In this document: positions 46,131 through 56,900 of the stretch, in pieces | Layout: each line of letters starts with the position of its first letter | How positions within the stretch are numbered: position 1 is the stretch's first letter | From: Candidatus Campbellbacteria bacterium | GTDB taxonomy: Bacteria > Patescibacteriota > Minisyncoccia > Phycocordibacterales > EsbW-18 | Length of the DNA: 64,000 nt | Assembly: GCA_045863475.1 (NCBI GenBank) | Contig: BTUR01000002.1 | Location: 410 to 64,409 of the forward strand | Reading direction: 5' to 3' | The notes under the pieces: model-generated | Database searches by the model: none | Told to the model about the DNA's origin: nothing | What the model saw: only the letters and a program-made list of their open reading frames with translations | Position numbers and translations under genes: made by a program

Positions 46131-46188
46131 GTGCGGACAGAATACAAGAAAACGAAAGCCAAATCAATAAAAGGCGAGCGCAATTTGC

Positions 46189-46776
46189 GTGTTAAAATTC
46201 GATTACATGAAATCTAAGACTCGTTGCCCGTGGGTGCCGGAGGGAGACGCACTGTACGCGAAATATCACGACACCGAATGGGGTGTTCCCGTACGCACTG
46301 ACCGAAAACTCTTTGAGTTTCTCGTGCTTGAATCATTCCAGTCAGGGCTTTCCTGGCGCACTATCCTGCACAAACGGGAGAATTTCAGAAAAGCGTTTGC
46401 AGGTTTTGACCCGAAAAAAGTTGCTAAGTTTACCGCAAAGGATTTTAAACGCCTGATGCATGATGTGGGTATCGTGCGGAACCGTCTCAAAATAGCCGCG
46501 GCGATTGCAAACGCTAAAGCATTTTGTGCGGTGCAAAAAGAATTCGGCACATTCGCGAAGTATCAATGGTCATTTGTCGGCGGTACACCTATCAAACACT
46601 CATTAAAAACGCTCGCCGACTACCAGCCAACCATTCCCGAGGCACGTATCATGGCAAAAGACATGAAGAAGCGAGGATTCAAGTTTTTGGGTCCGACGAC
46701 ACTGTACGCACACATGCAAGCAGTCGGTATGGTCAACGATCACGTACGCAGCTGTTTTCGACGCGCAGAACGATAG
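46189..46776 (+). CDS. tag: DNA-3-methyladenine glycosylase I
   Basis: The CPWVPEGDALYAKYHDTEWG zinc-binding Tag signature. Confidence 0.85.
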   Translation: MLKFDYMKSKTRCPWVPEGDALYAKYHDTEWGVPVRTDRKLFEFLVLESFQSGLSWRTILHKRENFRKAFAGFDPKKVAKFTAKDFKRLMHDVGIVRNRLKIAAAIANAKAFCAVQKEFGTFAKYQWSFVGGTPIKHSLKTLADYQPTIPEARIMAKDMKKRGFKFLGPTTLYAHMQAVGMVNDHVRSCFRRAER

Positions 46777-46845
46777 TTTTCTGGTGAAAACGGGAGTATA
46801 GTTTCTGTAGCAAACAAACGTTCTTTGTCGCGGAAGGGGGGAGGT

Positions 46846-47196
46846 ATGAGAACAGCACTGCGACAGCACGGTCGGCGTCTCTTCGTCCGGTTCATGATGT
46901 GGTTCGCGAGTTGCAAGCCATGCCATGCCGATGACGGGGTTTCCTGGGAGTTTCACTGCTTCAATTTCTCAGGTGGTCCGCGCTTCTGCATCCTCCGCAA
47001 GGACGGTTTCATAGACGTCGGGTCCTGGTGGGCGATTCGAGTCCTGTTGAACAAGGACGGCGAGCTCGTCAACTGCCGGTTCTGGCGCAACGTCATGGAA
47101 CCCGGCGATGTGCGCACCACCGGCAAGAGGGCACAAGCGGCGTTTACCGCCTGGGTGGAATACCGGGATCCGTCTGCCGCAATCGGCTTGAGATGA
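46846..47196 (+). CDS. Cassette E: Cys/Trp-rich small protein (116 aa) with extreme GC3 and a strong SD
   Basis: GGGGGGAGGT immediately precedes the ATG. Two hairpin terminators follow at 47218-47265 and 47300-47325. Confidence 0.5.
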   Translation: MRTALRQHGRRLFVRFMMWFASCKPCHADDGVSWEFHCFNFSGGPRFCILRKDGFIDVGSWWAIRVLLNKDGELVNCRFWRNVMEPGDVRTTGKRAQAAFTAWVEYRDPSAAIGLR

Positions 47197-47343
47197 CAGC
47201 CCGCTCCGGGCCACGACTTTGCCGCCGCTATCGTTTTTACAACGATGACGGCGGCATTTCTTTTGTACCCTGTTGCTCCGCGGCATTTTTTGTTGTAGTA
47301 TCGTTTGCACCGCCCACGGGGCGACTTTTCTTTTATGGATGCC

Positions 47344-47455
47344 GTTAGAGATATCATAGGTTCTCTAAACAAAATGCATAAAAATACTGAGTATAGAAAA
47401 TAAATTTACGAAATCGACATCACTACGGAAAACAAAGTTTTCCCATCTCTAACGG
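47344..47455 (+). repeat. Perfect 11-bp inverted repeat pair (CCGTTAGAGAT ... ATCTCTAACGG) enclosing a 90-nt AT-rich spacer and ending 1 nt before the typA ATG
   Basis: Left arm 47344-47354, right arm 47445-47455. The same arms recur before rnc. Confidence 0.7.
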
Positions 47456-47456
47456 T

Positions 47457-49241
47457 ATGGAAGTACGAAATATAGCCATCATCGCGCACGTCGACCACGG
47501 AAAAACGACACTCACCGACGCCCTCTTACGTCAGTGCGGCGCCGTCGCCGAGGGTATTACCATGGACTCCAACACACTTGAACTTGAGCGTGGTATTACC
47601 ATTTACGCAAAAAATGCATCGGTGTCGTACCGTGGCACCAAAATCAATATTGTGGACACGCCCGGACACGCTGACTTCGGTTCAGAGGTGGAGCGCGTGC
47701 TTCGCTCGGTGGATTCCGTGCTGCTCGTTGTTGATGCGCAGGAAGGCCCCATGCCGCAAACTCGGTTTGTTTTGAAGAAGTCACTTGAGCTCGGCTTGCA
47801 CCCCATCGTCGTTATCAACAAAATCGATAAGCCGGCGGCAAATCCTGCACACGCGGAAGAGCTCGTGCTTGAGTTGTTTCTTGAACTCGGTGCAAACGAT
47901 GAACAGGCGAATTTTCCCGTGGTGTACGCAGTCGGCCGCGAGGGTATTGCCAAGAAAAAACTTGAAGACACTTCAACCGACCTCACACCGCTTCTTGACG
48001 TCATCCTTGAACACGTGCCGGCGGCAGGTGCGGGGGATGAGAATAAAACACTCCGTCTACAACCGTTTAACCTCGGCTATGACAACTTCCTCGGGCGTCT
48101 TGCCGTTGCGCGTGTCTATGAAGGCAGTGTGTCAGCGAACCAAAACGTGTTCATAAAAAAGGCAACCGGAGAAACGCGTGAGGGAAAAATCACCAAACTG
48201 TTTACATTCAAAGGACTTGAAAAGGTGGATTCTAAAGAAGCCGGTGCAGGTGACATTGTCATGATTGCCGGATTGCCGGATATTGATATTGGCGAGACGG
48301 TGACGACGGACGCATCCGTGGAGCCGTTGCCGGCGATTGCTGTTGATGAGCCGACCATCACGCTAAACTTTTTGGTGAACAACTCGCCGTTTACCGGACG
48401 CGAGGGAAAATTTGTGACCTCACGGCAGATTCGCGAGCGCCTGGAGCGCGAGCTTGAGGTGAACGTCGGATTACGCGTGGATTTCGATACATCTGAAAAC
48501 TTTGTCGTCTCGGGGCGCGGTGAACTGCACATCGCAATTTTGCTTGAAAACATGAGCCGCGAGGGGTATGAACTGCAGGTGTCACAGCCGCACGTCATCA
48601 CCCACGAAGAGAATGGAGTAAAAACGGAACCGTTTGAAGAAGTGGTTGTGGACACGCCGAACGAATTTCAAGGAGTCGTTATTGAACGCCTTGGTAAGCG
48701 CGGATTCGTCCTGCAAAACATGCGCATGCACGGAGAAACCGTCCGCCTCATTTTTGAAGGTCCGACGCGCGGTCTTTTGGGATACCGAAACCAATTCATT
48801 ATTGATACAAAAGGCGAGGGGATACTCTCCTCGCGCGTTGTCGGCTTCAAACCGTTTGCCGGCGAGATTGTGAAGCGTCCGACGGGTTCGATGATTTCCA
48901 TGGTCTCCGGCAAGACGCTCGGATATGCGCTCTGGAACTTGCAGGAGCGCGGCGTGCTGTACGTCGGTCCGGCGACTGAAGTGTATGAAGGCATGGTCAT
49001 CGGCAACACATCCAAGGGTGAGGAGATGCCAGTGAATCCGACGAAGGGAAAACAGCTGACCAACATGCGCGCATCTGGCTCTGATGAAGCGATTAACCTC
49101 GTGCCGCCGTTCACACTTTCCATTGAGCGCGGGCTGGAAGTCATGGCGGACGATGAGTATCTCGAAATCACACCGAAATCCGTTCGTCTGCGCAAACAAC
49201 ACCTCTCCGAGCTTGAACGAGCCCGCGCTCGCAGAAGTTAA
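47457..49241 (+). CDS. typA: Translational GTPase TypA/BipA
   Basis: [14 protein letters not shown]1, DTPGHADF G2/G3, NKIDK G4, and a C-terminal BipA domain. Confidence 0.9.
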   Translation: MEVRNIAIIAHVDHGKTTLTDALLRQCGAVAEGITMDSNTLELERGITIYAKNASVSYRGTKINIVDTPGHADFGSEVERVLRSVDSVLLVVDAQEGPMPQTRFVLKKSLELGLHPIVVINKIDKPAANPAHAEELVLELFLELGANDEQANFPVVYAVGREGIAKKKLEDTSTDLTPLLDVILEHVPAAGAGDENKTLRLQPFNLGYDNFLGRLAVARVYEGSVSANQNVFIKKATGETREGKITKLFTFKGLEKVDSKEAGAGDIVMIAGLPDIDIGETVTTDASVEPLPAIAVDEPTITLNFLVNNSPFTGREGKFVTSRQIRERLERELEVNVGLRVDFDTSENFVVSGRGELHIAILLENMSREGYELQVSQPHVITHEENGVKTEPFEEVVVDTPNEFQGVVIERLGKRGFVLQNMRMHGETVRLIFEGPTRGLLGYRNQFIIDTKGEGILSSRVVGFKPFAGEIVKRPTGSMISMVSGKTLGYALWNLQERGVLYVGPATEVYEGMVIGNTSKGEEMPVNPTKGKQLTNMRASGSDEAINLVPPFTLSIERGLEVMADDEYLEITPKSVRLRKQHLSELERARARRS

Positions 49242-49296
49242 TACGCAGATTGCGGGTACTGGACAAATACAAAAATTCAGGTTATTATTGTCCGCA

Positions 49297-49321
49297 GAAA
49301 GAGGCATCGTGCCTCTTTTTC
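49297..49321 (+). terminator. typA terminator
   Basis: GAAAGAGGCA tcgt GCCTCTTTTTC. Confidence 0.7.
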
Positions 49322-49350
49322 AGTTCTCTGACAACAAGGAGACAAAAGAG

Positions 49351-50430
49351 ATGAAGAGGGCATTCCGTCTGTTCGCAGTACTACTGCTTCTGCCGCTCTC
49401 AGCGTTCGCCCAGTCCCTGCTGGTCTGCGCCGCCGACACCCACATCGCCCGTAAGGGCGACTTCCTCAACGGTACGACCAGCGTCGTGGACCAGGGCGTC
49501 TGGGAGTGGGAGATCGATTCGGGCAACACCTACTCCAACATCCAGGGTGTTTCGGCTCACGGGATGCTGTACGCGACGAACTCGCTCAGCGATCCCATCT
49601 ACGCGTTGTCGGTGTTTTCCACCGCCAACCTGCTCGTCGGCCGCTACAACGCCAATCCGACGACGCGCCCGTACGCACAAGACGTGGACTTCCTCTGGGA
49701 CGTCTGCCTCTTCGATCCGGCCGCCTACGGGATGACCGTGGAGCTTTTCGAGGGCATGGAGGGGAACGATGGTTACTGCACGATGGCGACGGGTTACTAC
49801 GCTCGTCTCATCGGCCAGTTCCCGAACCCGTACGACAATGTCGACCGTCATCTGACGGCCGGGCGCGGTTCGCTTTCCGGCTGGGACCTCTCGGCGCACA
49901 TTCGCGCTTCGTGGCGTTCGGGATTCGTCTCGTACGCCCAGGGCATGGTGGAACGCATTCTGGAACGTCGTCCCGACTGGGAGCACGTGCTTCTCGGCGG
50001 ATACGACTACACGGAATCGTCCCACGGCGCACTCGCGCGTGTCATCGGCGAGATGCACGCGACGGGTGACGTCAACGAAGACGCATACCAGGAGAGCCTG
50101 GACCTCGTGGATCTGCTGCTTGCCGCACAGGCACCCGACGGGTCCTGGGGTCAGAGCGACTACCAGAGCACGGCGTACGTGCTTCTGGGGCTTCGCTCCG
50201 ACGAAGGGGGGTACACCGCCTCTGCTGCGCGTCGCACAGCAATCATCGCGGGTGAAAACTTCCTGCAGGACAGCGCGACCTCGTCGCCTTCGTGCGGCTG
50301 GAGTCATCCGCCGGAGTACGGCGAGATGAACAGCGAGGTCATCATGGCACTCTCACTCATCAACTCTCTGCCGTTCCTCGACGGCTTCGAGAGCGAGGAC
50401 ACTTCGGCCTGGACCGCCGCGGCGGAGTAA
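49351..50430 (+). CDS. Cassette H: secreted 359-aa protein with prenyltransferase/squalene-cyclase-like (alpha/alpha-toroid) repeat motifs. Extreme GC3 with a strong SD.
   Basis: AAGGAGA lies before the ATG. Signal peptide MKRAFRLFAVLLLLPLSAFA. DGSWGQSDYQSTAYVLLGL resembles the PFTB/SQHop repeat. A hairpin + T-run follows at about 50453-50505. Confidence 0.55.
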   Translation: MKRAFRLFAVLLLLPLSAFAQSLLVCAADTHIARKGDFLNGTTSVVDQGVWEWEIDSGNTYSNIQGVSAHGMLYATNSLSDPIYALSVFSTANLLVGRYNANPTTRPYAQDVDFLWDVCLFDPAAYGMTVELFEGMEGNDGYCTMATGYYARLIGQFPNPYDNVDRHLTAGRGSLSGWDLSAHIRASWRSGFVSYAQGMVERILERRPDWEHVLLGGYDYTESSHGALARVIGEMHATGDVNEDAYQESLDLVDLLLAAQAPDGSWGQSDYQSTAYVLLGLRSDEGGYTASAARRTAIIAGENFLQDSATSSPSCGWSHPPEYGEMNSEVIMALSLINSLPFLDGFESEDTSAWTAAAE

Positions 50431-50533
50431 CTCCGTCTTCTTGGTCCTTCGCCCCGCCTCTGTATTCGTGTTTGCCACGAGTGCAGTGTGCGGGGTTTTT
50501 CTTTTTCAACACACAGCGTGGTGGTACAGTGAT

Positions 50534-50860
50534 GTGGTGAAAAAAACAATCGGACCAACCTTTAGCGAGCGGGTTATCCGACTCGCGCAAAAAATTCCCC
50601 CAGGGCGCGTGACGACGTACGGGCGCATCGCGCGTGCAGCCGGCGGTGGCGGTATGGCGGCACAGAGTATTACGTCTATTTTAGCAAAAGCATCTGAGCA
50701 GGGAATTACAATTCCGTTTCACCGCATCGTGTACGCTGACGGCCGCATTTGGGTGAACGAAACGTACCGCGCAAAGCGCATGAAGGTATACAAACAAGAG
50801 GGAATAGAAATTGAAAACGATCGCATCAAGCATTTTTGGGACGTTTTGTACGAGTTTTAA
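50534..50860 (+). CDS. Alkyltransferase-like (ATL) protein: an MGMT DNA-binding domain with the active-site Cys replaced by Phe (PFHR). GTG start.
   Basis: KIPPGRVTTYGRIA..ITIPFHRIVYADGRI is homologous to the Ogt HTH + PCHR region but lacks the Cys acceptor. Confidence 0.5.
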   Translation: MVKKTIGPTFSERVIRLAQKIPPGRVTTYGRIARAAGGGGMAAQSITSILAKASEQGITIPFHRIVYADGRIWVNETYRAKRMKVYKQEGIEIENDRIKHFWDVLYEF

Positions 50861-50867
50861 TATATCC

Positions 50868-51263
50868 ATGACACCGATATCGCGCGAAGATTTTGAGGCG
50901 ATGATGGAAGAAGCGTTTTTGCGCTTGCCTGAAAAATTTCGGATACTGACGAAAAATGTTGCATTGCTTGCGGAGGATGTTGTGCCGCCTGACGTTGTAC
51001 GCGATATGAAACTTGAATCAAACAGGGAATTACTCGGGCTCTATCATGGCGTGCCGAGAACCGACCGGCACAACGATGCAGGATTCTCGTTTCCCGACAC
51101 GGTAACGCTCTATAAACTGCCCCTGGAAGAATATGCCGCAGAGACGGGTAAAACCCTGGAAAACGTCATATACGAGACACTGTGGCACGAAATCGGCCAC
51201 CACTTCGGCCTAGAGGAGGAAGAGGTGCGCAAACGGGAGGAGGAGAGGTTTGGCACGGAGTAG
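50868..51263 (+). CDS. Zincin-like metallopeptidase-family protein (HExxH)
   Basis: WHEIGHHFGL HExxH motif. Small soluble protein. Confidence 0.6.
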   Translation: MTPISREDFEAMMEEAFLRLPEKFRILTKNVALLAEDVVPPDVVRDMKLESNRELLGLYHGVPRTDRHNDAGFSFPDTVTLYKLPLEEYAAETGKTLENVIYETLWHEIGHHFGLEEEEVRKREEERFGTE

Positions 51264-51322
51264 GTTTCTCGCAGGTCCTTTTCCTGATACTCTCTTTTGG
51301 GGAGTTCTTGAGGAGGGTAAAT

Positions 51323-51544
51323 ATGCGGCGTCGTTGCCACAAGTGCAAAGTATGTATCGAAGCATGTTTTGGCTTCGTAAAGTCCGGGGATTTCCTCGAA
51401 GCATTGGAGGGAACGCGCGCGTGGGAGGATGTGCGCGAACTCTGCGGCAGGTGTGTCCTTGTGGTGTCGCTCAATCTCGATGGCACACCAAAACCCTACG
51501 AGGAGTTCTGTGCGCGCCTCGAAGAGATTTACGCTGCGGCGTAA
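51323..51544 (+). CDS. Small ferredoxin-like Cys-rich protein (CxxCxxCxxxC)
   Basis: CHKCKVCIEAC 4Fe-4S-type motif plus CGRC. GAGGAGGG SD before the ATG. Confidence 0.4.
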   Translation: MRRRCHKCKVCIEACFGFVKSGDFLEALEGTRAWEDVRELCGRCVLVVSLNLDGTPKPYEEFCARLEEIYAAA

Positions 51545-51596
51545 CAACAAGCCCGTCCCGGCTATGCCGAGGACGGGCTCTCACATAACAGATGTT

Positions 51597-53348
51597 TTAA
51601 AGCGCTCGCGAAGAAATCTCGTCTGAGAGTTTGGCGATGATGTCAGCGATTGAGAGCACCTCTTTTTCGCCGGAGCGCGACTCTAGGGTGAGTTCGTTGC
51701 TCTCTACTTCTTTGTCGCCCAGTACGATTGCATACGGAGTTTTTTCAACTTTCCACGCACGAATCTTTTTGCCGATAGTTTCATTGGAATCATCAAGAAG
51801 CACGCGAATGCCGGACGCCTTAAGCGAGTCTACAACACTCTGTGCGTAGGAGAGGTGTTTGTCCGAGATGGGGAGTACGCGCACTTGCACGGGCGAGAGC
51901 CACAGCGGGAATGCACCTGCGGTGTGCTCGATCAAAATAGACATAAAGCGTTCAATGGAACCCATGATTGCGGCGTGAATCATCACGATGCGCTCTTTCT
52001 CTCCCTTTTCATTTATGCACGAGAGGTCAAAGTTCTCAGGCATGTTCATGTCCAGCTGAATTGTTGCGACCTGCCACTGTCGTCCCAGGGAATCTTTTGC
52101 CATGAAATCAAGCTTCGGACCGTAGAAAGCCGCTTCGCCAAGACCGTCAATTGCATCAACATTTTTCTCTTTTACGATTTCGCGGAGCATTCCCTCGGCC
52201 TTTGCCCAGCGTGCTTCGTCACCGAGATATTTGTCCGGGTGTGCGGGATCGTGGGTGGAGAGACGTACTTCCAAGTCAAAACCGAATGCGCCGTAGAATT
52301 CGTAAATGATGTCCCACACCTTGAGGAACTCATCCTTTGCCTGTTCAAGGCGGCAGAATACGTGCGCGTCGTCCTGGGTGAAACTGCGTGCGCGCGAAAG
52401 TCCGGAAAGCTCGCCGGACTGTTCATCGCGGTAGCACATTGTCGTGTTCGCGTAGCGCTGGGGCAATTCGCGGTAACTCCACTGGCGACGTGCGTAAATT
52501 TGCGTGTGGTGCGGGCAGTTCATCGGCTTCATCGCAAAGAGGTGACCTTCGCGCGTCGTGATTTTGAACAGCTCGTCCTGGAACTTCGCCCAGTGACCAC
52601 TCTTTTCATACAGGTCTTTTTTGGTGATGTGCGGAATCTCCACACGCTCATACCCGCGTGCTGATCGCAATTCCCACACGAAGCTGTCGAGCAAATCGCG
52701 CAACATGGTGCCTTTCGGCGTCCACAGTGGCAGTCCTGAGCCGACTAAGTCGGAGAAGACGAAGATGTCCATCTCGCGGCCGAGTTTTTTGTGGTCGCGC
52801 TTTTTTGCTTCTTCAATCTGCGTTTTGTACGCATCGAGGTCTTCTTTGGTGGAGAAAGCGAGGCCGTAGACACGGGTGAGCATCGTGTTTTTTTCATCAC
52901 CGCGCCAATATGCACCTGCAAGATGTGAGAGCTCGAATGCATCCGGGTCAATGTCTTTTGACGGGTGCTCCACGTGGCCACCGCGGCACAAGTCGGTGAA
53001 CTCCCCGCACGTATAGAGCGTGAGTTTCTCACCGCGGGCGACAATCTCTTCAATGAGCTCCTGTTTGTACGGGTTGCCTTCAAAGCGTGAGAGCGCTTCT
53101 TCTTTAGAAACCTCCTCGTGAGAAAACTCTTTCCATGACGGAAGAAGTTTTCTCATTCGTTTCTCTACGTCCTTGAGATCGTCGTCGGTAATCGGTGTGG
53201 GGAATTCAAAATCGTAGTAAAAACCGTTGTCTATCGCGGGACCCAAGGTGAGGAGGGCGTCGGGGCGCACTTCCAGTATCGCAGCGGCCATGAGGTGCGA
53301 GAGCGTGTGACGCATTGCGGAGAGGTCCTGAGGTGCTTTTTTGGTCAT
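51597..53348 (-). CDS. thrS: Threonine--tRNA ligase (lacks the N-terminal TGS domain)
   Basis: Second additional (editing-like) domain, the class II core (..HRDLK.., FRLEQ..) and a C-terminal anticodon-binding domain. Confidence 0.9.
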   Translation of the reverse strand: MTKKAPQDLSAMRHTLSHLMAAAILEVRPDALLTLGPAIDNGFYYDFEFPTPITDDDLKDVEKRMRKLLPSWKEFSHEEVSKEEALSRFEGNPYKQELIEEIVARGEKLTLYTCGEFTDLCRGGHVEHPSKDIDPDAFELSHLAGAYWRGDEKNTMLTRVYGLAFSTKEDLDAYKTQIEEAKKRDHKKLGREMDIFVFSDLVGSGLPLWTPKGTMLRDLLDSFVWELRSARGYERVEIPHITKKDLYEKSGHWAKFQDELFKITTREGHLFAMKPMNCPHHTQIYARRQWSYRELPQRYANTTMCYRDEQSGELSGLSRARSFTQDDAHVFCRLEQAKDEFLKVWDIIYEFYGAFGFDLEVRLSTHDPAHPDKYLGDEARWAKAEGMLREIVKEKNVDAIDGLGEAAFYGPKLDFMAKDSLGRQWQVATIQLDMNMPENFDLSCINEKGEKERIVMIHAAIMGSIERFMSILIEHTAGAFPLWLSPVQVRVLPISDKHLSYAQSVVDSLKASGIRVLLDDSNETIGKKIRAWKVEKTPYAIVLGDKEVESNELTLESRSGEKEVLSIADIIAKLSDEISSRAL

Positions 53349-53430
53349 ACAATAAAAATTGCTCGTTCGTATCTTTGTAGTATATAGTTTCCGGCGGACT
53401 CTACAACTGCTCTTTTTAGAGGAGAAATCA

Positions 53431-53910
53431 GTGGCTCACACACACGACGCGATGCAAGAACGAGTCTTGACAGAAGCCCTCGCTCGCGGCTTTCCCGCAC
53501 GGCGCATCGAAACGGTGCGTCCAAACCGCGTCAAACTGTTGAGTAAGACGGATGTTTTTATCAACGGTCGGTTGTGCCATTTGCACCACCTCATTGGTTT
53601 CCGAAGAATGGACGAACGGTGCTACTCGATGCTGGGTGTCAGAAAATCATCACTCGCGTTATCGGCATTTACCTTCGTGCTGTGCAGAATGTGTGATGGC
53701 AGGGAACAGCTGTACATCATTCCCAGTCGGGTTCTCCTGAATGCTATGCGCGACAGCAAGGCTTTCAAGCGCTTTTACATTCCGCACCAGCCGAAGGACC
53801 GTTGGCGGATTGTGTTTCTCGGGAATCTCGACTGGTCCCTCTACGAAGACGCGTGGCACCTGCTCTCGCAGGAGTCCGTCGCTTCCAGCGCCTCAACCCG
53901 TACGGGTTGA
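53431..53910 (+). CDS. Hypothetical protein (159 aa), GTG start with an AGAGGAGA SD. Its C-terminus is encoded inside the terminator hairpin.
   Basis: ORF with His/Cys-rich segments (LCHLHHL, CRMCDG). Terminator GCCTCAACCCG ta CGGGTTGAGGC GTTTTT at 53887-53920. Confidence 0.45.
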   Translation: MAHTHDAMQERVLTEALARGFPARRIETVRPNRVKLLSKTDVFINGRLCHLHHLIGFRRMDERCYSMLGVRKSSLALSAFTFVLCRMCDGREQLYIIPSRVLLNAMRDSKAFKRFYIPHQPKDRWRIVFLGNLDWSLYEDAWHLLSQESVASSASTRTG

Positions 53911-53921
53911 GGCGTTTTTCT

Positions 53922-56900
53922 TTACATCTTTTTTACTTTATCGGCGAGGAGTGAGATTTCGCCGTTACGTTCCGAGATTTTTCCTTTCACGCCGATGCAC
54001 ATGCCCGGTACGACAATCTCGCGTGCCTCCGTGTAGCTTTTTGGAAAGAACACAACCTCGAGCATGCCGGTGAAGTCGCTTATGCGCACGAACGCCATAC
54101 GTTCTCCTTTCTTGGTAAGTATTGGACGGACCTCCTCAACAAGTCCGTAGGCAACCGATGTCATGTTTGGGTGGAGTTTTTTCAGTTTTTCAATGCTCAC
54201 ATTCGCAGCATCAAAGAATTTTTGATGCTTATCCAGCGGATGTCCGGAGATGTAGAGGCCGAGCAAATCTTTTTCCCATGCGAGTTTTTGTTCCTGGGGT
54301 GCGGGGTCAGCCGGGGCGAGTGTGAGATGAGAGAGAAACGGACCGGCACCACCGAAGAGTGAGTCTTGTGCTGCACCGCGACTCCCGGACTCTTTGTTGA
54401 ACGCAAGGAGCAGATTGATGTTCCCGAGCATTTGTCCGCGTTCTCCGAAACGGTCGAGTGAGCCGGATTGGATGAGCGACTCAAGGGATTTTTTATTGAG
54501 ATTGCGGTCGTGGATGCGTGTGAGGAAGTCTTCAAGCGACGCGTACGCGCCATTTGCTTTGCGTTCCTCAATAATAATGTCGCCGATGCCTTGCCCGAAG
54601 TTTTTTATGGAGTAGAGACCGAAGCGGATCTTTTCGGTGCCATCGTTGGTTTTTTCTTTTGGCACGACGGAGAAGTCTCCGAAGGATTCGTTGATGTCCG
54701 GCGGGAGCACTTCAATACCCATCTGTTTGCAGCCTCCGATGAGTCCGGAGATTTTTTCCACGTCACCGGCGTCAGCGGAAAGCACCGCCGCCATGTACGC
54801 GGTCGGATAGTGCGCTTTCATGTACGCGGTTTGGTATGCGAGACGTCCGTAGGAAGCCGCGTGCGCTTTGTTGAAACCGTATCCCTGGAACGGCTCAAAG
54901 AGCGCCCAGAGACCTTCCGCCTGTTGTGCGGTCATGCCGGAGTGCTCAATGCATCCTTTCACGAAAATTTCGTGCTGCTTTGCCATCTCTTCGGGAATTT
55001 TCTTTCCAACGGCTTTACGGAATTTGTCCACCGTTTCCCACGTGTAGCCGGCAAGTTCAAGCGCGGTGGAGAGAAGATCATCTTGATACACCAAGATACC
55101 GTACGAACGCTCCAAGAAATTTTTCATCTTAGGGTGGTAGTACGTGATTTGTTTATGGCCGTGTTTGCGCGCGATGTACTCCGGGATGTTTTTCATCGGA
55201 CCCGGGCGGTAGAGGGCGACCATCGCGTTGATGTCGTGAATGGTCGACGGGCGGAGTTCTTTGAGGAACTGCGTCATCGCATCGCCTGAGAGCTGGAAGA
55301 CCGCCATGGTGTCACCTCTCGCCAACATCTCAAATGTTTTTTTGTCATCAAGCGGAAGCTCTTCAACGTCGACCTCTTCACCGTAGACGGCGCGTACGCG
55401 GCGGACAGCCTCAGCTAAGATGGCAAGGTTTTTGAGGCCGAGGAAGTCAAATTTTAGCAGTCCGACATCTTCAACGGCATGCATGTCGTACTGGGTGAGT
55501 TGTTTGCCTTCACCCTTCGGATCCCATTGCGTGGGGACGACTTCATCGAGGTGTACGGGTGAGATGACGACACCGGCGGCGTGCACGGAGATGTGACGGG
55601 CACATCCTTCAATCTTGCGCGCCATGTCCACAATTGCCTTCGTGTCCTCATCGCTTTGATAGAGTTTTTTGAAATCGGGCTCTTCTTCAAGCGCGCGGTC
55701 AATGGACATCGGGAATCCCTGCGAACCGAACGGGATGAGTTTGGCGATGCGGTCGGCAAGTGCAAGGTCATAGCCGAGTGCGCGCGCGGTATCGCGCACA
55801 GCACCGCGTGCCATCATCGTTCCGAAGGTTCCGATTTGTGCGACATTATCCGCACCGTACTTTTCGCGCGCGTATGCAATCATTTCATCGCGCCGGTTAT
55901 CCGCGATGTCCAGATCGATATCAGGCGGGGACGGACGCAGTGGGTTGAGGAAGCGTTCAAACGGCAGCTGGTACTCAAGCGGATTGACGGTTGTGATGCC
56001 TAAAACGTACGAAACCAGTGAGCCGGCGACGGATCCTCTCGTGTTGGTGAAAATTTTGTGCTCGCGCGCGTAGCGCAGCAAGTCGCCGACGACGAGGAAG
56101 TACGGCGCGTAGCCCTTATCAATAATCGTTGAGAACTCGTATTCAATTCTCTCAGTTATCTCGGGAGAAAGTTCGAGTCCGCGTCTCAAAATTCCGTCGG
56201 TAACCTGTCGTCGAAGCTCCGTGGCGTGGTTTGAATTCTCCGGGACGGGAAACGCGGGAAACATCCAGCTCCCCAGGGGAATTTCCAGGTCGCAGAGAGC
56301 AGCAATGCGCACGGTGTTGTCGACGGCTTCCGGTGTGTCGGCAAACACCTCGCGCATGCGCGCTTCGTCGATAAATGAGAAATCAGCATCCGTGTCGGTG
56401 AATCCGCCCCGGCGGTTCTCACCGCTGGATTGTACCGAGAGTAGTGTGCGGCGCGCCGGCGCATCATCAGGAGAGAGGTACTGCACATCGTTTGATGCAA
56501 CCAGTGGCGTGTTGGTCTCTTTCGCAAATGTGATGACGCGTTTCACGCGCTCGGCGTGGTTATCAATTTCCGGGTGGTGTGTAATTTCAAGGAAGACACT
56601 GTCATCACCGTAGAGTTTTTTGTAGAACGACAGTGTTTCGTGCGCACGCTCGTCGTTGCTGCTTGCAAGCGCGTTTGCGACGGCGCCGTTGAACACGGGG
56701 ACAACAGCGACGAGTCCCTCGTGATATTTCTCAAGCAGTTCGCGGTCCACACGGGGTTTGTAGTAAAACCCTTCAAGGTGCGAGTACGTGACGAGTTTGA
56801 TGAGGTTTTTGTAACCGTCGTGATTCTTCGCAAGCAGGATGAGGCGCTCGCGTTTGCTGTCGATGCCGGATTCGCGGTCAAATCTCGTGCGTGCCGCGAG

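Noticed and set aside
45875-46183. ORF 45875-46183 (102 aa, minus strand).
   Set aside because: It spans tRNA-Glu(CUC), its terminator and the tRNA fragment. It is an artefact of GC-rich tRNA sequence.
47344-47455. A MITE interpretation of the CCGTTAGAGA inverted-repeat elements.
   Set aside because: The two copies share only the 10-11 bp arms. The internal sequences are unrelated, there is no target-site duplication, and both are phased to a start codon. That fits a cis-regulatory element better than a transposon.
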